A model generated the notes under the pieces. It saw only the letters and a program-made list of their open reading frames with translations. It was not told the origin of the DNA and ran no database searches. A stretch of DNA of 64,000 nucleotides from Lingula anatina (taxonomy: Eukaryota; Animalia; Brachiopoda). The translations under genes and the position numbers were made by a program. Shown here piece by piece: positions 24,501-37,155 of this stretch (its first letter is position 1; each line of letters opens with the position of its first letter). The stretch is from NCBI GenBank assembly GCA_051362555.1, contig CM120649.1, positions 19,358,567-19,422,566 of the forward strand. The letters are read 5' to 3'.

Positions 24501-27500
24501 ACAGCCCCGGGGGCAGGAAGTACTGTGCTCAGTGTGGGGCGGGGCAGGTGAAGGAGTCCCCAGGGGCTGGCAGCTGTGAGGCCTGTCCCCCAGGGTATCA
24601 ATGTCCCACTGCTGCTACCAGTAAGTGCTTTAATTTAGTCATATTTGATGCTAGTTTTAAAAAGATTTCACCTTATGTGTCCAACATACACTCATGTCTC
24701 TTCTATATATGTCAGAGGCAGAGAGACCATTACAGGATTAAGAAGTCATCTTTTCACGTAGGTCTGCCATATTTAGGTCCTGGCCTAGCCAGCACTCGGC
24801 TCTTCTCATTCTGAATGGTCCCTTATATATAGCGTACTGTGGACAACTTCACTTGTAACAATTTCAGTCATTTTCTTTTGTATTGTTATCATATAAATAT
24901 TATATATTATTTTCATTCATTTGTATTATTACATCATTAATCCTCCCCTACCTGTGTATTTCCAGAGGAGCTATGCCCAAGTGGTCACTACTCCCCAGGG
25001 GGTCTAACCACCTGTGTCCCATGTCCAGCTGGTCACTCCTGTCCCGTAGCAGGCAGCAGCGCCCCCTCTGAGTGTCCAGTGGGGTCATACGCGGCTGCCA
25101 TGAGCAGTACCTGTACCCCCTGTCCAGCTGGTCACTACTGTCCGAACACCACCATGGTCCAGCCCGTCCAGTGTCCGGAGGGTCATTATCAAGTGGACAC
25201 TGAGGGGCTGAACTGTACGGAGTGTCCACCAGGTGATTGATTTGGTGTCCTGAGGCTTTTGGTGAAATTTAGTTAAAACAGTTTCTGTAAGATGTTTTGT
25301 GAGAAATTTTACATTCTGATCGAAAATTGAAGTAAAATTTTTGACAATTATCAAATGTAGGTAAGTGAAATTAATAATAATAATAACAATGATTTATTGT
25401 CATATTTATACATTAACAAGTATAAGATGTTAATCAATGTGGTCTGTCAATAAATGGAAGATGCCATACATTGGTACGTATCAATAGGACAATTTGAAAG
25501 AAAAGCAAAGCAATGTGAAAGAATTTATATGACTAAGTTAAATTTGACATTTACTCCAATTTTTCAAACTCCCCCTCTCCAGGTCACAAATGCCCCAGTA
25601 TCTATTCCCCACCACAGTCCTGCTCTACTGGTCAGTACCAGGACCAGACTGGAATGTCCAGCTGTCTTCAGTGTCCACAGGGTCACTACCAGACAGACAC
25701 TGGAGGTGTTAGTTGTATGGAATGCCCACTAGGTGAGAAATTCACTTATTAACTAAATGTTTATTAAGCATGAAAAGTGATATTTGTGGGTAAACTAGGT
25801 ATGGTTTTAAGAATTAAGTATTTGGGTATCCACTTTAAGTGGTTAGTATTACTATTTTACTATTATTGTTGATTTGAAGTATTTGTGCAGATATAAGTGA
25901 AATGGAAAAGTTTTTACAAATTAAAAGAAAAACTAGATCCTGAATTCTACAATTTTGCTTTGGCTCTGTCATTTGGTCATTTCTCAACACTGCTGAAATT
26001 TGACCAAACTGTGCCTATTTCTTCGTCAGAGTATGGCCTTGTTATTTGGTCATCCATCAACACCACTTACATCTAAACCCAATCTAATTCTGTATCTGAG
26101 CGTTACCTAAATTGTTCCTCTGGCCCCTTAGGTCACAGGTGTCCAAGCACAGACACCGTACCAATTCCCTGCACCAGCGGTCAGTTCACAAATCAGACAG
26201 GAATGACCAGCTGTCAGTCATGTCCAGCAGGTTACCAATGTCCAGATGGCTCCTCTCTGTCCACTATATGCCCACCTGGTCATTACTCCAACCCTGGCAG
26301 CACCAGTTGTACTATATGTCCCACTGGTCACTACTGTCCAGATGTGGGTATGGTCCAGCCTCTACAGTGTCCAGATGGTTATTACCAGGCGTCCACTGGG
26401 AGTACAAATTGTACAGAGTGTTCCATAGGTAAAGGCATACTATAGAATTATTGTGTTCTTGATTAATAAATCCATCTAGGAATTCTGTTTGAGATCATAC
26501 TTACAGGTTTAGGTTATTATCAGTATTTTGTGTTACCTTTATGGGTGTTCTTGTAGGAATATCTGATTTTTTTTCTAATTGTAAAATCGGTTAGTAACAC
26601 CAATTACTTTTGAATTAATATAGTTTATTGAAATGCAGTTGCTTTTATTCATGATCAGAAGAAATTTGTCAGTTAAAACTCTCTTGTTCTCTCACATCCA
26701 TTGCTTTTTAAACCCAATACCACTGTTGAATATTTGACAAAATTTTGATAAATAAATGACAAAAAAATAAAAAATTTTCAAAATAATTAGCAAAGTGTTT
26801 GTACTATTGTGCATTTGGCTTTACTTCTGTATTAAAGTCAGACATATTTACATACTAATATAATTTATGCACTAAATAATTTAATTCATTTTCCAGGCCA
26901 CAAATGTCCCAGTAAGTATGACCCACCAGTACCCTGCTCCAGTGGTCAGTACCAGAACCATACAGGAATGTCCAGCTGTCTCCCCTGTCCAGCAGGCTAC
27001 CAATGTCCAGAGGGAGAACAATTGTCAACTGTATGTCTGCCTGGACATTTCTCACACCCTGGTAGCTCTAACTGCACCATATGTCCCCTGGGTCACTACT
27101 GTCCAGAAGAGGGTATGGTGCAGCCTGTTCAATGTCCAGCTGGTCAGTACCAGATGACTAGTGGTAGTACCAGTTGCTTGGAATGTCCAGTAGGTAAGTG
27201 TATACCTTAGTCTTGTTCAGACTCATATTCAGACTGGTTTAAAACTAAAACCAGTTTTGGTCTGAAGTACGTCTGTTCTTGAAGTTTCCATTCAAAAAGT
27301 TATTTTAAAAGATAATGTTTTCAGTATTTGGTTGCTTTGTTTAGAAATAAATATTTTAGGTAAGAGATTTCTTCTTTTAATTGTCTAGTAATTTTAATAC
27401 AAATTTATTCTTGTTAACATATTTTTAAATTTTGAATATTTAAATCTTGGAAATGTTGCTTGACAATAATAAAGATGCTCTATGAACAGAATCAGAAGTT

Positions 27501-30500
27501 TATTGACAATCGCCCTACATCCAGGCATGATTAAATACAAATACAAGAAGTAATCCGCAGAGTGATTTGTAAACAGAACAGCAGTTTAAACAGTTAAAAT
27601 GAATTTTCATGAAATTTGGCAATTTCATTTGTTCCTGTTCCAGGTCACAAGTGCCCCGCCTTGAACTCCCCACCAGTCCCTTGTCTCTCTGGTCAGTACC
27701 AGAACCAGACCGGGATGTCAACTTGTCTCCCTTGTCCAGGTGGTCACCAGTGTCCAGTGGGGACGGACCCGCCCTTCACATGTCCTGTTGGTCACTCTGC
27801 CGAGATGGGGAGCACCAGTTGTACCATATGTCCCCTTGGTCACTATTGTCCAGATGAAGGCATGGTCCAGCCTCTTCAATGTCCGGAGGGTCATTTTCAG
27901 ATGTCCACTGGGGGCATTAATTGTAGTGTTTGCCCTAGAGGTTGGTGGTTGGATTTTTTATGTGATAAAAACGTAGAATGATGAGGTTGGGGGCTACTTT
28001 ATCAAAAAAGTCAGTTTTATAGCTTTAAATCAGCATATTTGTTTTAAGCACATTGATAGTAACGGTTTGATTTCATTCTGATACCAACAGGTCCAGATCT
28101 GCTGTACTTCTTTGATTTACCTATAAAAATATAAACTTAAATTTTGAAGAACCACACTGAAAACAAGAAGTAACTACATTTTTTTAAAATTAAAAGCCCA
28201 TCAAAGAATAACTTCATTGTGGAGAGAATAACTAGCTTCACATGACAGCATTTGATTAATTCTTTCTTAAATTTATAACTGATTCATTTAATTCATCTTA
28301 TATTCTTTAGACCACAAGTGTCCAGACATCACCTCTCCCCCTGAACCCTGCCCCACTGGTCAGTACCAGAACTTGACCGGGATGACCGTCTGTCTGCCGT
28401 GTCCCGGCGGCCATGAGTGTCCAATAGGGGGCAGCTCTCTCATCCCATGTCAACCTGGATACTACTCAGACACTGGTCACTGCACGATCTGCCCCACCGG
28501 TCACTTCTGTCCAGACACGGGGATGTTTCAGCCTGTCCAGTGTCCCGCTGGTCACTATCAGATGTCCACTGGGGCTACAAATTGCTCGGAATGTCCGATA
28601 GGTAACTATTTATGGATACATATGCTATTGGTATCATGTGAAATAAGTGATGGCAGAAATAAGGGGCAGTCTTGCATGATTTGTTTCTAAATCATCTCAT
28701 AATAAAATCAAGACATATGATTGATTAAATGGTCGAACTGGTAGATCATTTATATGCTTGTCCTGATTTCTCAACCAGTAATGAAGTTATAAAAGTCCAT
28801 GGTTTACCGTGGAGCATCTTCGTTACAATTACCACATCATTTCACTCTCTAGGTCATCACTGCCCCAGTGTATTCAGTCCACCTCAGTCCTGCTCCGCTG
28901 GTCAGTACCAGAATCTGACCGGGATGACCGGTTGTCTGCTGTGTCCTGGTGGCCATCAGTGTCCCGAGGGAGGCGCCATTCCAGCTGAGTGTCCGGCCGG
29001 TCACTACTCAAACCCTGGTGGCTCCAGCTGCACTCTCTGTCCTATTGGTCACTACTGTCCCTATGCGGGCATGGCTGACCCGTTCTTGTGTCCGTCTGGT
29101 AGCTACCAAATGACCACTGGTAGTATGAATTGTACTGAATGCCCACAAGGTAGGTGTCTGCATTTTACTTCTTAGTATGTCTTTATTCAGTAGATTTCTA
29201 CAGGAAGATTAGTTTGTCTTATGTTTATTATAGATTGTTTGAGGTTGATATTATGTGATAATATTATTTGGATGCAAGAATTGGAAAATGCAACTTTATT
29301 GCTATTTTCTAAATGCTTTTTCTGCATAAAAGATTATCAAGCTAATCCAGTAAATTGTATTTATATATTTAAATATTTCCTACTTTTTATCTGAATATTT
29401 TTATCTGAAATTTTGTTGTATTTTAACACAAGATAACAAATGCCCCAGCGTGGATGCCATGCCAGTACCCTGTGTGGCGGGTCAGTACCAAAACCAGTCC
29501 GGGATGACGGCCTGTCTGGCTTGTCCAGGTGGATACCAATGTCCAACAGGAAGTAACTCCATCCAGGAGTGCCCAGTGGGTCACTTTGCATACCCAGGGA
29601 GCTCTAGCTGTACCATATGTCCTACTGGTCATTATTGTCCAGATGTGGGCGTGGTCCAGCCCATTCAGTGTCCTGACGGTCACTATCAGATGTCCACTGG
29701 GAGTGCAGTGTGTGTTGAGTGTCCACAGGGTGGGTGCTAAGTTCAGTCCATTTTGAGTCTTAAAAATTAAAGCTGCTATTTGTGTATAGTTAAAGCAAAT
29801 TACCACTTGTATTTGGACGATGATCAGACCGAAAAATCTCCTAAATATAAGTTGAGGTAGTTTAGTTTGAAATTTGGGAAATCAGTGAGTTTGGTCAAAT
29901 TTCTCCTGTTATCTTCAATTACGTTATTTAATTTATATATCTTGGAAATTTATTTTAATCCTCAGTATTATATCCCATATTTCTCTCTCCATTACTTTAG
30001 GTCACAGGTGCCCCAGTATCTATTCCATAGCAGTACCTTGTTCTGTTGGTCAGTACCAGAACCAGACCGGGATGACCAGCTGTCTGCCCTGTCCTGCTGG
30101 TCACCAGTGTCCCGACGGGACCGCCTCCCCCACAAAATGTCCAGTGGGTCATTTTTCCGAGACTGGTAGCACTGATTGCACTTCATGCCCACTGGGTCAC
30201 TACTGTCCAGATATGGGTATGGTCCAGCCAGTCCAGTGTCCTAACGGTTACTATCAGACGTCCACTGGTGGGAGCACCTGCAGCGAGTGCACCGCAGGTG
30301 AGATATGATCTCTACAAGGATGAATTTTTTTTTACAGATGCAAAAAATTTCAACAGAATTTTTACATACCTTCATCATAAAGATTTAGCTAATACTTGGC
30401 TAACTATTGCATTTTCCCTTTGACTGAAACCTTCAGCCTTCTGTACACTTCTGGTTCACTATTGCTATCTGTTGATGTCATTTGATCCTTAACCTGTATG

Positions 30501-33500
30501 GATTTAATAAGTCTCTCGTCTCTCATCAAATATAATCCATGTCTCTACAAACCTCAGGTCACAGGTGCCCCAGCATCTATTCCACACCCGAGGCCTGCTC
30601 TACTGGTCAATACCAGAACCAGACAGGAATGACCAGTTGTCTTCCATGTCCCGCTGGACGTAAGTGTCCAGTTGGAAGTAACCCACCAGTTGTGTGTCTG
30701 GCTGGTCAGTATGCGGAGGCAGGCAGCACCAGTTGTACCAACTGTCCCACTGGTCACTACTGTCCAGATGTTGGTATGATCCAGCCAGTCCAGTGTCCAG
30801 ATGGTTACTACCAGACAACACTAGGTGGCACTAGTTGTACGGCATGCTCAGCAGGTATAGATTTGATCCTTCTGATTAGTGGTCATTATATAAAGAAAAA
30901 TGAGTACTACATGTATTATCTGTGTATATGTACTTATACGAACTGAAGTCTTAATTCTTTCTTTTTGAAATGAATTGGAATTAAACCCCAGTAACTTTGC
31001 TGTATATGATAGTTTAAATGTAATTAGAGTTCAGCAGAATAAAGTAGAATGTTGTCAATATTTTAAGTAGAATTACTTTCTATTCATGAATTCATAATTA
31101 ATTCAAAATTTCTCAGTTTACTTTAATAAAGTCGATTGCTATTTACATTTGAAGTAGAAGTTACCATGCCTGTATCTATACAGCAACTTTCACATATCTG
31201 GTTCTCGTTAATTACCAGGTCACAGGTGCCCCAGCATCTACTCCCCTCCCATACCCTGCTCTAGCGGTCAGTACCAGAATGTCACGGGGATGTCCAGCTG
31301 TCTGACATGTCCGGGAGGTCACCAGTGTCCATCGGGGAGTGGGTCATCCATTGCCTGTCTCCCAGGGAACTACGCCAATCCAGGCAGTACTAGTTGTACC
31401 CTGTGTCCTACTGGTCACTACTGTCCAGATGTGGGCATGGTCCAGCCTGTACAGTGTGCAGACGGTCACTATCTTACAACGATGGGGGGTACAAGTTGTA
31501 CAGAATGCCCATCTGGTAAGATTGTGTTTCAAATCATCATATAAATTATAGAAATACTGATACTGTCAATTGACTTGTTGATGTGCAACATGTTTAAGTG
31601 AGGTTTTGCAAAAATGATATATTAAAAAAAAATCGTAAATAAAAACAACAAAACTTTGGATTTCTATGCAGGTCACAGATGTCCCAGTATATACTCGCCC
31701 CCAGAAGCCTGTCTCTCTGGCCAGTACCAGAACCAGACAGGAATGACCACATGTCTACCATGTCCAGCTGGTCACAGATGTCCAGTGGGAAGCAATCCTC
31801 CTGAGATATGCCCATCGGGGTACTATGCCCAAACTGGCCAGTCTGTTTGTACCCACTGTCCTAGCGGTCACTACTGTCCAGGCGCCAGCATGGGAGAGGC
31901 GGTCCAGTGCGCAGATGGGTATTATCAAACGTCTCCCGGGAGCACCAGTTGTATTGAATGCTCAGTAGGTGAGGAAGGGTGTCCTTTTAATGCTGCAATG
32001 AATTTAGTCCATTCATTGAGTCTGAAAATGCAAAACAACAACATGTCTGATTGTTTCTTGCATTAGCATTAATTACATGATATATAATAATATTAAAATT
32101 TCAGTCTTAAACCAAATTATGCCACAGTTAGATAGAAGTCCTTGTTAAAATCTGACTTGTCAATTGACTCTTAAGTTAAAACTCCTACACTCTGACGCCT
32201 TTTCCTGGAATTGGTTACAATTTCTCTCTCCCAGGTCACAGGTGCCCTAATGTGTACAACATGCCCGAGGCCTGTCTCTCTGGTCAGTACCAGAACAAGA
32301 CCGGGATGACCAGTTGTCTGCCCTGTCCAGGGGGCCACAGATGTCCAGTGGGCAGTAATCCACCCCAGGAGTGTCAAGTTGGTCACTTTGCTAATACAGG
32401 CAGTTCCAGTTGTACCCTGTGTCCTACTGGTCACTACTGTCCAGATGTGGCCATGGTCCAGCCTGTCCAGTGTCCAGATGGTTATTATCAGGTTAACCAG
32501 GGGAGGACGAGTTGTAATGAATGTCCTGTGGGTAAGTTGTTATCTGGTATCCTTTATATTGGTGTAAAATGAATGGTTTTGTGCTTAGTTTCATGGTATT
32601 GTAGTTACTAAAATGCGTAATGGCTGTTACAAGCATGATTTTAATACCTGACTTTGATGAAAAAAATAAATAATAGGAATTTTTCTATGCAATTTTCCAT
32701 CTAAAGTGGACCCCTGGGTATATATAAGACCACTGAGCCATTTCTTCTTACTTTTTTTATAACAATCCAAAATCATGTCTGCAATTGGTGACAACATGGA
32801 CACAATTTTCTCTCTCACTCGCTTAGAAGATGATTTGAAAATATTAAAAAGTGTTCAGATTGAAGTAGGAAACTTTATGTTAGACTATACCTAAATATGA
32901 GAGGTATTGAGATATTTGGAATTAAGCAAGAGAAAATGTATTTTAGTTATTTTATTCCAGTGAAATATTTCTGTCATATCTATTATAAAATACACATAGG
33001 TATAGAGATAATAAAAGGAGACAATATTATAAAGGCATGTCTATCCTCTAGGTCACAGATGCCCCAGTATATACAACACACCTGAATCCTGCTCTGCTGG
33101 TCAGTACCAGAACAAGACCGGAATGACCAGTTGTCTGCCCTGTCCAGGTGGACACAGGTGTCCAGTGGGCAGTACCCCACCTGAGGTATGTCCAGTCGGT
33201 CACCATGCTGACGTTGGGAGCGCCAGCTGTGATGCCTGCCCCCTGGGTCACTACTGTCCAGATGTGGGTATGGCCCAGGCTGTACTGTGTCCAGATGGTT
33301 ACTACCAGACATCCACTGGGACAACTAGCTGTAATGAATGTCCAATAGGTTGGTGCCTGTAATGATTATTTTGTAGAATAAAATATTGATAAAATTTGGT
33401 TTATAAAACAGATAAAAAGGAAATTGGATTGGTATGACTGAATTTAATCCCACTAACTGTCTTTTGGTTACTGCATAATAAAAGATCTTTTTATTTCAAA

Positions 33501-36500
33501 CATTTATTAGTGAATGCTGAAATTATATTAGTTTACCATTCAGTGTTACATTAGAGACAGTAAATTCACAGAAACATTTGAAAGATCTAACTTTGAATTT
33601 TAAGACCCAAATACCTTTATAATTCATCCAGAACAAGTGCTCTGTCCAATATTAAAAAGAAATATTGCATTTACAGGTAATGTCTTGAATGACACACTGT
33701 ATAAATATTATAGATATTAATAATATAATATTAAAATCCCATTATTCCAGGTCACAGGTGCCCTAATGTATACTCACTTCCAGAGGCTTGTCTGGCTGGT
33801 CAGTATCAGAACCAGACAGGAATGACCGGTTGTCTCCCATGTCCAGGGGGATATAAATGCCCAGTAGGAAGTGATCCACCCCAGAAATGTCCAGTAGGTC
33901 ACTATGCTAATACAGGCAGTTCCAGTTGTACCATATGTCCTCCTGGTTACTACTGTCCAGAGGTTGGTATGGTCCAGCCTGTCCAGTGTCCATCTGGTCA
34001 GTATGAGGCATCCACTGGGAGCACGGCATGTGCGGAGTGTCCACAAGGTAATGAGAAATTTTAAATAAATTATAGACAAGTTCATTTATTGTGAGTTAAT
34101 GAGATGAATTTCTGTGAGATGTATTTGTTTGTATATCATACGCTTGTTATTTACTGATTTTTAGTTATATGTCAATAACGATATGATGAATATTTGGCAC
34201 TCTAAACCCCAAACAAAGGTACATTATTAATATTATTATTATTATTATTATTATAAAAGGTATAATTAACGTATTTGGAAATTTCCCTGTATCTACACAA
34301 TCCTGTATAGGGTACCTTTCACACTGACAACTTTCCTGTTTTACCAGGTCACAGATGCCCCAGTATCTACTCCCCTCCAGATCCCTGCCAGAATGGTCAG
34401 TACCAGCTACTGTCAGGGATGACCAACTGCCTGCCTTGTCCTGGTGGACACCAGTGTCCAGTGGGGACTGACCCTCCCATAGAGTGTCCCATTGGCTACT
34501 TTGCCAGTACAGGCAGTTCCAGTTGCTCTTTATGTCCCACTGGTCACTACTGTCCAAATACTGGACTGGAGCAAGCTGTTCAGTGTCCATCTGGACATTA
34601 TCAGGCTAACACTGGGAAGACAAACTGTACTGAATGTCCCATTGGTAAGTTTGAATTTTGTTAAAAAAAATATGCCTATTTTTTGTCATAAGTGTGCTTA
34701 GCTTTTGTGAAAATAAAGGAATTCCCCCTTTTGTATAAGAGGTTACATTAAAGTACTCTTATTCACAATTTTTTTTTAGATAATTTACCACAAAATTAAG
34801 ACCAAATGAGTCAATTAGTAGAAATAAATAATTTTGAGCCTTTTTCTAAAAAAATGCCCATTGGAACAATTGTTTGTATTGTTATGTCCTCTTTTTGGAC
34901 AGTTTCAATTATACAAAATTAAGTGATACCATTTAGGAATTTGAAACACATCTTGTCTTTTTGTATTCTATTTTTGAACACAAAATACTATTTCTTCTTC
35001 ACTTTCCCAGGTCACAGGTGCCCCAGTATCTACACATTACCAGTCCCTTGTCTTTCTGGTCAGTACCAGAACCAAGCAGGAATGACCACCTGTATAGCAT
35101 GCCCAGGGGGACAGAAATGTCCAGTTGGGAGTGAGCCCCCTATCCAATGTCCAGCGGGTTACTATGCCAACATAGGCAGCTCTTTGTGTACTATCTGTCC
35201 CACTGGTCACTACTGTCCAGTTGCTGGCGGAATTCAGCCGATACAGTGTCCGTCTGGATACTATCAGCCTTACACGGGGAAATTCAACTGCACAGAGTGT
35301 CCTATAGGTAAGACTTCTTCACCTCGTGACAAGATGAAATATAGATAGACTATATCATTGCCTTGTACCATATATTTATGACTGGGTCTGCCTTCATCTA
35401 TACATTTATGACCTGTATTGCACACATATATGGTAGACTACCCTATACATTTATGCCCTGCAATATACATTTATGACTGGCTACCCTGTTTTGTTTATGC
35501 CTTCATCTATACATTTATGCCCTGTTATCTATATTTCTGACTAGCTACCTTGTTTATTTATTTATGCCTTTATCTATACAGTTATACCCTGTATTTTATA
35601 TTAATGACTGGCTCCATTAATTATACCCTGTCCTATAATAATAAGGTCATGGTTGTCCCAGCACCACAGAGTTTCCAGAGGCTTGTTCTGCAGGACAGTA
35701 CCAGAACCAGACTGGCATGACTGAATGTAAACAGGTACAGCCTGGGTAGATCTTTCTTTTTTTTTTTTTAATTTTCTGTTATCTTGAGCATTTATAGTTA
35801 CCTTATTTAGAATGGAATTCTGAGTTAAAGGTGCTTAAAAGTTGGGTGATTTTAATAGAAATGCATTCTTCTTATTGGATCTTAAATCATGCTTGTAATT
35901 GGGTGATTTTGGGATAAGTAGCAGTAAGTAAAATCATGATCAAAATTTAATTATATATTGATCTGTAACTCTCAGTTATAGTGTTTTTTATATGAAATGA
36001 TGTGGTAATTACCCTAGCCGTTGCAGGTGTCAAGATGGCTGGAGCCAAAGTTAGTTGTTTTATGTGAATGTATTGAATGAATGAATTTATTTCAGGATAT
36101 CAAAATCTTACATAAAGATTGTTAAGATGACACAAAACTTACGTGGTTCCAGGTGTCTCAGTGAAGGCATAAAGAACAGTTATTATTAGGATAACTCAAC
36201 AAAGTAATCAGAAGTCATTGTGGTACTTGATATCTGTCTGTCCATTAATATGTTACAAATTTCATTACATAAAAAGTTTTTTTTTTCTGCAGTGCCCAGA
36301 TGGCTTTTACCAGATCTATCCAGCAGAAGAATACTGCATAGAGTGTCCTGAAGGTAGTTGATTTTAATTACCCTAGCCGTTGCAGGTTAAAAAGATGCTC
36401 TTAAATTAAGCATATGATATGCATTGTAAAATGTAGTAATTATTTGAAACATTTATGTATGTTTTCTATCAAAAAGGGAAAAAAGAATGAAATTGAACAA

Positions 36501-36698
36501 AGGGTGGATGTATGTATGGGGGAACAAGGCCCTTTGTTTTATTGCAAATTACTTGTAAAGTTTACACCATTGGAGGTGGTATTTGTTTAAAATGTGTTCT
36601 GTTTCTTCAGGTCACAGCTGTGGCAGTCCTGAGGTGCTTCCTGCTGCCTGCCTCCCTGGACAATACCAAAATGACACTGGGATGACTGGCTGTAAACA

Positions 36699-36797
<99 letters not shown>

Positions 36798-36977
36798 GAG
36801 AGAGAGGGGGAGGGAGAGAGAGAGGGGGAGAGAGAGAGAGGGAGAGGGGGGGAGAGAGAGAGGGGGAGAGAGAGAGAGAGAGAGGGGGAGAGAGAGAGGG
36901 AGAGAGAGAGGGGGGGAGAGAGAGAGAGAGAGAGGGGGAGAGAGAGAGAGAGAGGGGGAGAGAGAGAGAGAGAGAGG

Positions 36978-37023
<46 letters not shown>

Positions 37024-37122
37024 AGAGAGAGAGGGGGGGAGAGAGAGAGAGAGAGAGAGGGAGAGAGAGGGGGAGAGAGAGGGAGAGAGAGAGAGGGAGA
37101 GGGGGAGAGAGAGAGAGAGGGG

Positions 37123-37155
<33 letters not shown>

